Shown in pieces: positions 52,721 to 62,019 of a DNA stretch of 64,000 nt. The position numbers and the translations under genes were made by a program. A model generated the notes under the pieces. It saw only the letters and a list, made by a program, of their open reading frames with translations, ran no database searches and was not told where the DNA came from. Numbering within the stretch: position 1 is the stretch's first letter; the number at the start of each line of letters is the position of its first letter. The stretch is from Chiloscyllium plagiosum (Eukaryota), in contig NC_057718.1 in the NCBI RefSeq assembly GCF_004010195.1, positions 43,718,280-43,782,279 on the forward strand, given 5' to 3'.

Positions 52721-55223
52721 ATACCTTCATAAAATGTTTTAATGCAGCTTAAAGGAAAAAAATTGAAATCTTGCAAGAACCATGTTCACAAGTATCATGT
52801 TCTTTTCTCTCATTTGGTCTTCCTCTCTTTGTAAATGTAATTTAATGCAAATTTATGTATGCATTTAGAAATGAAAATATTACATATTTATTTATCTATA
52901 TTTATATATTTGTTTATTTGTTTACCAATGTGCTGAATTTGCATTTGAACATTATATAAGTTCCAAACAAAAACCATTGGACATATTTCTCTTGATTTCT
53001 TTAATAAATTTAGAACATCCATAAACAGATGGAAAGAAACTTATTGAATCACTTCTAAGTGAGCAATGTTCTCCTACTTTCAGTAGATGTGTTAACTTAT
53101 TTAAGATAAATTGGTTAATACTGGATCAAACAATGTGGTATCTTAAAATTCTGAAAAACATAGTATTGATTTATATTTGCTTTGTCTAGCAGAGAAGAGG
53201 GCATTTCCACATTAACGTTGTAATAAGATTTTCTTCCACATAAGCACTAAAATTTTGATATATGAATGCTTTGTTTAGGTTACAGAGGTTAATATTTAAT
53301 TATAGAATATTTTACTAATGGCAGCAATGACCTGCTTGGAAGGATAAACCATGGTAAGAACTATGAATGATGTGAAACATGTATGCCATCATTTTTATTG
53401 TCACTGCAATTGCTAACTATCAAAATAACAGCAACAGGCATGCGGATAGGATTTGTATGATGTTTGATAATTAAAATTAAGTTACAGCTAAATCTATTTA
53501 TGAAGTTTTGATAAAAAGTGAAAATCAATATAGTACTGTGCTGTTACTGCTGCAGTATTCTTTGATCAATAATATTTACAAATTACGGTAAACTTCATTT
53601 TCTAAAATATAATAATTTTTGATTTTGTTTCCTGTGGAAAACAACCATGTTAGGAATCTACTGATTATTCTCAGGATATCACAAGGGTGTGTTGTTTTTT
53701 CTCCAGCCCCATAGTTCTGTTGGATCACAAGGCTGCTCTCTCATTAGAGGCAGACAACTGGTAGTGGTTTAACCTGAGTGTCACCACACCTCACTTGAGG
53801 GAGGGGTTGAGAAGAAGAGTCCTTTGTCATAACATCAGCCAGTATCGGAATTGAACCTATGCTGTTGGAATTATTCTGCATTGCACACCAGCCATCCAGC
53901 TAACTAAATCACTTTATCAAAGCTCAGAACATTCTACTTTCATCAACTGATCTATGTAGGAAAGTCTATCTCATGCTTCAAATATGCACTTTTCAATGAC
54001 ATGTGGATCCATTGTCTCATGAGCTAAAAACTACAAATAATACCATCTACCAAATCTCATTCATCTGTTTCACTTCCATTAGTGTTCTTAGTGTTTTGTG
54101 AACAGGCATCTAGGTCTGCCTGGGATTCTTGATTTTTTTTTTGGAATATAGTAGATCAATGTAAACGTATCTATTTCATTGTCTTGCATTCAGTATTTTA
54201 ATCAATTAAAATTGTAAATTCTTCATTGTAATTAGCTGTGAATGTAACATATTCTAAAAAAAGCTTTACTTACATCATTATATATTAACAGTAGCTGACG
54301 AAAACAAGTTAAGAAGTTATCCTGTATAACATTCACGTATGTCACTGAATAAAGCAAGAGTATTTGTGTGATTACGGACATTCCATACCTCTTTCTTTGT
54401 AGCACTCTTAAATTTTCACTGTGAGGAAGCCTCAAAGTCTGAACTATCAAGGGGTCAATCAATGGAAAGTATCAATCAAAATCCTAAAATCCCTTCCTAA
54501 TAACACTGCGCATGTACCTACATCCCAGGAACTACAGCAGTTGAAGGAGGCACATTACTATTACCTACTCATGGGTAACCAAGGATGAAAAATAAACAGG
54601 ACCATAGAAACGTTGTAGCACTAAAGGAAGCCATTCAGCCCATCATGTCATCAAACTAGCCAGCCATTCTAATCCCATTTTCAGCATCTTGTTCATACCA
54701 TTGGAAGTCTCAGAGTTTCTGGTGCAGGTAGAGTTTTCTTTTGTTTTTAATAAGTTGAAGAGTTTGGCCTCAATCACCAAGTCAAGCAACAAATTCTGAT
54801 TCCCTACCCCCTCATATGCCCTTAAATCCTTCTACCAATCGCCTTAAATGCCGGCTTAGACAGTGACACCAACATTCCATGATTGAAGTTTTAAAAACAA
54901 TAGCCATCCAATGGTGGCTGAGGCAACTATCAGACAGATAACTAAACCTGCATTTGTGGGATGGAGTAGGCACAGATCTGTACAGCAACTGCTCATGTCA
55001 TTTCTGTGGAGCGCAGTTCCTCCTGACCCCACAATTTGATTCATTTTAAACTTCACATCTTATGGTGATCTTCAGCTCTACCTGCTGATAAAACTTAGTG
55101 GATAATGCATGGTAAATGCTTTGCTCATTTGTATCCCAAAATCTGAGTGATGATAATACGTACACTATCAGATTTTGAGTTGAATGTTGGAAGGCCCTGC
55201 TCAGATCAACACTTTGGTTATCA

Positions 55224-55337
55224 AGGAGAAAGTGAGGACTGCAGATGATGGAGATCAGAGTCGAAAAGTATTGTGCTGGAAAAGCACAGCTGGTCAGGCA
55301 GTATCCGAGGAGCAGGAGAGTCAACTGTTCGGGCATT
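55224..55337 (-). mobile_element. Short PLE terminal fragment
   Basis: ggagaaagtgaggactgcagatg...gctggaaaagcacagc, with tggttatc on both sides. Confidence 0.7.
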
Positions 55338-57013
55338 GTGGTTATCTAGCCTGTCAGAATTAAGTCACCTAGATGGAATAAAGAAACAGGTCTTTGGGAT
55401 TCTATTGCACCTTTGTTTTTAGCCTGAAGCACATGTAAAAATATTCCAACTCATGTTTATTACACTATTGAAATAAGTGCCCTGCATTAACTCCCTGAAT
55501 ACTTTTACTGTGCCTAGCCTAGCGCAAAGGACTGCACCGTTCTTAGCAATGCAAAATATCCATGCTTTGTTTTCAGGATTTCATATTACAGTATTATGGT
55601 ACAACATCTACTGTTTTAAATTGTCTCGTGTTGGCAGTTTCTAGTGATACCATCAGAGAAACCAGATGCACCTCTTTACATGAGAATCAAACCTCAGTCC
55701 ATCGCCAATCTGTGACTCAGCAACGTTCTTCATTCATCAGCCATGAGTTTCAAACTTTTTAATAGGTTTGTGGTATTTGAATCCTTCTTTAAAGTCTTTA
55801 CTCATAAAGTGAAGCCTTTGTTAATACATTGCCCTTTTGATCCCATTACTTTCTATAATTTAGACCTTTTATCATGAAGAATTATTTTATTGATGGTTAT
55901 CATGTCCACAGGAGGGTCGGTCAACTGTCAGTATTAATCATAGTTGATTTTTTTATGCATTTACTTCATGGGAAAAATGGCCTGTGGCTCCAACTTAATT
56001 TTCTTTTGAAGGTATTATCTGAGTTTTGCATTGCTTCCAGTACTTTCCTTTTGCTTTTTATTTTTCATACTTCCAAATTTGCATAAGCTACTGGGCTGCC
56101 CTTAGGCTTATATCAGTCTAAAACTGTCAACGAAGATCCAATTAGGTCCTCTGAGAGATAATAAATGATCACAAAGGGGTTTTTTTTAATTGATAAGTTA
56201 GATCTGATACTTTTGCTTCCAAAAATTGTGTTAAATTCAATTTAAAAATTTCTGCCAAGGTACCTAAGACCAGTTGCATTTTAATCAATAGCAATAGCAA
56301 CTTGTACATTTATCGTGTTTTTTTGGGGGGAAAGCATTCCAGCTTGTTCCATCTGAGTGTAATCAGATAACAACTACATTTAAATAAGCCTGTGCTTTTG
56401 TCTGAAGTATCAAAAAATTTTAGTTTTCTTTACCCCCCTTTCAGTTTCTTAGACACCTGTTATAGATTTTGTATATTCCCAGCAATTTCTTTTTGCAACT
56501 GAGATTTCTAGCAGTTGCAAGTTTTCATTTTTATTAACTTTGTTATGTATCACCAAGGACAATTTTCACTCTGCATTTGAATCTCCTGTCAACACACATT
56601 ACTAGATTCATCCTAATAATTCTTAAAAATTACTAATTTCATGATTTAGTACACACATGCTTTTTGGCTAGTGCTAAGCTATATGAACAGGACAGTTAAA
56701 GGAAAATGGTTGCATTGTAGACATGAGTTGATGACATGAAGGGACTTCTGGGTGGACTAAGTTTTCCACACTTATGCAGTCAGTCAGAACAGAAAGCAGT
56801 TGAGTTCTGCATAGTGCAGAAGAGAAAACATATTGTGTAGATTGAAATTTATTAAATACACATTTTTCAACTTGATATGGAGAGTTGAGTACAACCTGAA
56901 CTAATATTAATCTGGTGTTGATTTCAATTTTTTTTTTAGGAAAACATTTGATGCAGAATTGAAGTACATTAGATTAATTTGTATTTCTACTTTTCATTCA
57001 TTTGTAATGCTAT

Positions 57014-57318
57014 TAGATTAGATTAGATTCACTACAGTGCGGAACCAGGCCATTGAGCCCAACCATTCCACACCAACCCTCCAAAGAGTCACCCACCCAG
57101 ACCCATTTCCCTCTGACTAATGCGCCTAACACTATGGGCAATTTAGCATAGCCAATTCACCTGACCTGCACGTTTTTGGACTGTGGGAGGAAACCAGAGC
57201 ACCTGAAGGAAACCCACGCAGACATGGGGAGAATGTGTAAATTCCACACAGACAGTCGCCCGAGGCTGGAATTGAACATGGGACCATGGTGCTGTGAGGC
57301 AGCAGTGTTAACCACTGT
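57014..57318 (-). mobile_element. Full-length HE1-type V-SINE
   Basis: ttagattagattagatt tail, V-domain, and tRNA-like head (gtgctgtgaggcagcagtgttaaccactg). Confidence 0.88.
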
Positions 57319-57954
57319 TTTGCCTTCAGCATTAATAAATTTTTAAAAAAACTTTACAAGTAGTTTTCACTATTACATTCACAGTTATTTTACTGACTGC
57401 ATATGCAATCTCACTCTGCTATAACTGGGCTGAGATTTAAAGTGGTTAGTATAGGTACCAAGTTTAAGATGAGCACAGAGAGTGGAGAGAGGCTTCATTC
57501 TGTTCACAGCACCATGAGACTAGGGGGTGAGTTTATAAAATGGAGAGTGACTTCATTCTGAACATCACGTCAAGACAAGAGTCAGCAGATTTAAAACAAA
57601 TGTGGAGTGGAGGAATGGCTTTATTCTGAACACAGTGCCAAGAAAGGAGACAGCAAGTTTAAAAAGAGTGTGGTGAACAGGGAATGAGTTTAAATACCTT
57701 AAAACTGAAGAAAAAGGGAAGTGAAATTAAGTTAGGTTACTAGTAAGTTTTTTCTAGTAAATTAATTATTCTAAGGGTAACAAACAGTTTTGAGAGTAAC
57801 AACATGGCAAATCAATTGCGATAAATGGAGTGTATATCCTTCAGTATGTATAAAGTTATTGACATCCCACATCTCCAAAATTAATACATCTGCAGGATGT
57901 ATCACCAGCTATACAAGCTTGAATTTCAGGTTTCAGAACCTAAGCGGTGGTTGG

Positions 57955-58610
57955 AGCCAGTCACCAAGTCCTAATGGCCTACATCCAAGGGTTTTAAAGA
58001 AAATGGCTCCCCGATAGTGGAGGCATTGGCCAAAGTATTCTAAAACTCACTGGGTTTTACAAGGGTTTCAGCAGCTGGAAAACTGCCATTATGATACCTT
58101 TGCTCAAGAAGTGAGGGAGATAGAAAACAGGAGACTATAGGACTGTTTAGCATTAACATTTGTTATTGAGAAAATGTTAGAGTCTGTTATTAAAGAGGAA
58201 TGGCAGGCCATTAGAAAAGTTTAATGTAATTGAACAGAGTCAACATGGCTTTGTGGCAAGGTGGTCTTACTGAAGTATTCAAGATTTTGAGGGCCCTGAC
58301 AGGTTAAATGAGATGTTTCACCCACTAGTGGGTGAATCTCAAATTAATTGACACAGTTGCAGAATAAGGAGATGCAAAGGAATTTCTTCTCTCAGAGAGC
58401 AGTGAATATCTGGAATTGTCTGGAATGTTTGGAATCTAGCTGTCAGAACTCCAAGGGAGTTCTGAAGGCTAAATCACGAAAGTATTTAAAGATGAGGTAG
58501 GTAGATTTTTGAAAGATTGAGTTGAGGACTATGAAGAACCGGCATGGCAGAAGAGTTAGGTTTTGGGAAGATCAGCCATGATGTTGCAGAATAGCAGGAA
58601 AGGCTTATGA
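57955..58610 (+). mobile_element. Highly decayed CR1 fragment
   Basis: SPSPNGLHPRVLKKMA, ggagactataggactgttagc, caacatggctttgtg. Confidence 0.65.
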
Positions 58611-59937
58611 TCTTTTATACAATAACCACATGATGAAATAATGTGCAGATGAATGTCATCTTGTCCAATGTTGGCTCGCAATGTTTTGCCCACAAAACAA
58701 AAAAAAATTTGAAAGGACTGTTGAATCTGGAAATCAGAAATGGAAGTAGAAGTTGCTGGAAAAACTCAGCAGGTCTGGCAGCATCTGTGGAGAGAAATCA
58801 GATTTAATACTTGGGCTGCAGTGACCATCTTCAGAACATGAGCCAGATGGGTTTTCTTGCAACAATCAACAATAGTTTCATGGTCATCAGTAGATTCTTA
58901 ATTTCAGATTTTTTTTATTGCCATGGCTGGATTCAAACCCAGGTCTTGTTAGCTGGGTTTCCTGGATTTGTGTTTATTGATAAAACCACTAGGCCATTGC
59001 CTCCAGGTTGCTGACAGCTTAGCTGCTTTTTCTGGGCTCAATGGTAATGGATATTGGAAAAGATTCCTATTCACAGGTATTGTATTTCTTCCTTTTAAAA
59101 TCACCACTGTTAAAACCTTCTCAAAAAGCTTACTCTCAACTTCCAACTTTCTATCTCCAACCAATATTTCCTTTTGTTTTACTGAACACTTAGCAAAACA
59201 TGTTCCAAACATTCATACAAAGCATGACCATTAAACATATAGATTTTTAAGAGTTTTGCTTGCTTGTTTGGTGGTATTGCCAATAAAGCATGGGTGTCAG
59301 CGTCCCATACTCCCCCAACAAAGTTTCCTGCCCTTTAAAATTAATTCATGAAATATATCTGCTGGTCTACTCTTGTGTGACCAGATTGCCAATATGGCCT
59401 ACCAGGGGGCTAATATACCAGTCCTGGTATATTAGCTTTTGTGTGTCTTCTTTATCCATACATTTTGAATATTGAAATCATGGCATGTTTAAGGAAAAAA
59501 ATAGAATTATTTATGGAGGAGATAACACATTAAAGATGAGTTAGTATTGGTTTTCAGTCCTAAATTTTATTAACTGTATTGATGGAAGTAAAGATTGTTA
59601 ATTTTTAACATTTAGCTTTAGTATTAATTAATGCTTCACTATTCATTTGGAGGAGAGGGAGATTTCATTAATTAAGGTATGTTTTGCCAATTTAAGTAGG
59701 TGCAGCCTCTATAGTTTTATAGCAAATTTAAGGATACAGCAGTGTCTGTGACTTTATTACTAATTGATATATCTAGTCATTTTCAATCTTGGCAAATTAA
59801 AATACATGAACAACTTTTATCATGCATTTCAAATCCTTCATTGGTTTACAAGATCATAAGCAAAGTGCAGTATTAATTGAATGGAAAGACACATTTGCAT
59901 TGTGTTTTTTTTCTAATTTTGAATTGTAATAATGCAG

Positions 59938-60211
59938 ACTGAATTGCACTCTGTAATTTTGAGCTTCATGTTCAATGCAAATTCAAGTACAGTGCAAGTT
60001 GACTTCTATTTGGGATCTTCTTAATGTGATGATAAATGGAAAAGTGTTATTCTTAAGAAGCAAGGTACAATGGCATCAGTGAATATAAATGGGCAAATTA
60101 AGTAAGTAATGGTCGCTGAGGAAGAAGAACTCAAAATATACTTCCCAGTCTTTCACGCTGGGAGTTTAACTGAAGCAGTAGTACTTTGCAGACAGTATGA
60201 ACTAAAACAAG
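59938..60211 (+). pseudogene. USH2A: Usherin LamG2 exon (human exon 27 equivalent), two in-frame stops
   Basis: Acceptor aatgcag|ACT, donor CAAG|gtttgt, exactly 274 bp as recalled for human. Reads TELHSVILSFMFNANSSTVQVDFYLGSS*CDDKWKSVILKKQGTMASVNINGQIK*VMVAEEEELKIYFPVFHAGSLTEAVVLCRQYELKQ(G), gap-free against MELKSGILTFRLNTSLAFTQVDLLLGLSYCNGKWNKVIIKKEGSFISASVNGLMKH...SPVYVGGIP...CLEQ(G). TAA at 60022-60024 and 60103-60105. Confidence 0.93.
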
Positions 60212-60227
60212 GTTTGTGGCACTATTT

Positions 60228-60458
60228 CCAAGTGATTCTGTTATAATGCGACATGTGTGTTCCTTAGCCACCTCGTGCTATAGAAAATTGTGCTATGGGA
60301 AACTATGATAGAAATCGTGCTGTAGAAGATCGCACTATGGAAAACCTGCTATACCTATCCAGCAGAATATTTGTGTTACTCAAACAATGTCCTCAATTCG
60401 TCAATCGCGTTATAGACAGTTTGCACTGATGAAACACGCATGACAGGAGGACTATCTG
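60228..60458. mobile_element. Tc1/pogo-like MITE copy
   Basis: gattctgttataatgcg...gtgctatagaaaat...aattcgtcaatcgcgttata...tctg|TA, similar to 31950-32168. Confidence 0.55.
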
Positions 60459-60547
60459 TAACTATTTCTCTTTGATTTGGAACTGGTTTTCAAATTCTCA
60501 GATAATATATTCCTAATGAAATCTTTTTATTTTGGTTTGTTATTTAG

Positions 60548-60670
60548 GTCGTTGGTGATTATTTACATAAAAGTACAGTGATTCATTTCAGTTGGAATGG
60601 AGATGGAACCTTGCGCCATTTGGTGTTAACATCTATGTCAGCCATCTAGTCAACTGGTGTCCCAGTAAAC
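60548..60670 (+). pseudogene. USH2A: Possible heavily decayed 5' part of the next usherin exon (human exon 28 equivalent)
   Basis: Pyrimidine-rich acceptor ttgttatttag|GT. Weak similarity of VGDYL to FGGCM and of AI*STGVPVN to SVSSGAVRVN. No recognisable 3' half or donor. Confidence 0.3.
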
Positions 60671-60711
60671 TCTTGTGTTCTTTTTTACTTTTTTTTTTGA
60701 AACTGTGTCTA

Positions 60712-61300
60712 TGTGGCAGTTTGAGCTATGGCCTGGTACCACTCTTGCATTTCAGTCAGGAAATAGTAGCTTCAAGTCCCATCCCAGCAACTTGACCAAC
60801 TAATCCAGGCTACAGACATACCTTCCCAAATTTTTGGAGGTGCTATCTTTCAGATAAACCAAAGGAATACAATGTGGGAAACATGAGGTTAGGCATTTTG
60901 GTAGGATGATAGACAGGCTGTTGGTTAATAAGGGGATTATGGGTTATGGGGGGGAACGCTTGAGAATGGGAAATGTATCAGCCATGATCGGATGGCAATG
61001 CATTTTTGTTAGGCGGAATGGCCTAATTTTGCTCCTATGTTATGGTCCAATTTGTTCTCTTAGGTGGACTTAAATGATCATGTGACATAATTTGAAGACC
61101 AGAGAACCTTCCCTGATTTTCTAACTAATATTTATCCTTTTACCAACAATAATAAAGCAGATTATCTGGCCATTGTCATTTTCTTGTTTTGTGGGACCTT
61201 GCTATGCACCATAAGTCCTGCACTTAACACCCTGAAGGGTAGCTGGCTTAATTGGCTATAAAATACTTTGGGGTAACTTGATGTTATGAAAAGTGCCAAT
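60712..61300 (+). mobile_element. Deu-domain SINE (SacSINE1-like), interrupted by a CR1 scrap
   Basis: ttcaagtcccatcccagcaacttgacc...taatatttatccttttaccaac...agcagattatctggccattgtcat...tgtgggaccttgctatgca resembles the Deu domain as recalled. Confidence 0.55.
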
Positions 61301-61327
61301 TATTTATTGTAGACGTTAACATTATTT

Positions 61328-61586
61328 AAAGGGATTTAAAAGGGACTTGAGGGGCAACATTTTCACACACAGTTGGTTCATATGTGGAATGAACTGCCAT
61401 AGGAAGAAGTAGATGCAGGTACAGTTACAACATGTAAAAGATATGTAGATGGGTACATGAATAGGAAAGGTTTGGAGGAATATAGGCCAAATGCAGGCAA
61501 ATGGGACTAGTTTACTTTGGCAAATTTGGTCAGTATGAATGTGTTGAACTGAAGAGTCTGTTTCCATGCTGTATGACTCTATGACT
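61328..61586 (+). mobile_element. HER1/CR1 3' end
   Basis: aggggcaacattttcacaca...tggaatgaactgcc...ccatgctgtatgactctatgact. Confidence 0.85.
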
Positions 61587-61689
61587 GTGTTTCCACGTCG
61601 CAAATGTGCCCATGGTGTTGGGAAATGGGGTTGCAGGGCATGGGAGAAGTAGTCACGAGTCCTGAATTTCAAGGAATCTGCCAAACAAT

Positions 61690-62019
61690 GGCCAAATATT
61701 GGCCTTTTCAGGCTGGATGAATAAGCACAAGCCTTTCAAATTGAACAGAGCAATAGTTTAAAATGAAAGGTAAGAGAGAATAGACACTTCCGGAAGCAGT
61801 TTTCTTTTAATATTTTTTCACCACTGGGTCTATTGCAGGACAAAGTGCTTGAGGAGCACTTCAACTCTAAAAAGACTAGAGGCAGTGCAAATCTCAAAAA
61901 CTAGAAATCACAAAATTTGTGAAACTGTTGGTGAGTACATTGTGGCAATGAGAAATTTATCACTACGTTGCAAAGATGCCACATCCTTAAGCTGTGCGTT
62001 TCAAGAAAAATATGTGTGT
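61690..62019 (+). mobile_element. Old Gypsy gag remnant, truncated by a younger LTR element
   Basis: ETVGEYIVAMRNLSLRCK...AFQEKYVC resembles the Gypsy gag motif E.V.EY...L..L...C...LRD.FVCG. It ends where the next LTR starts. Confidence 0.45.
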
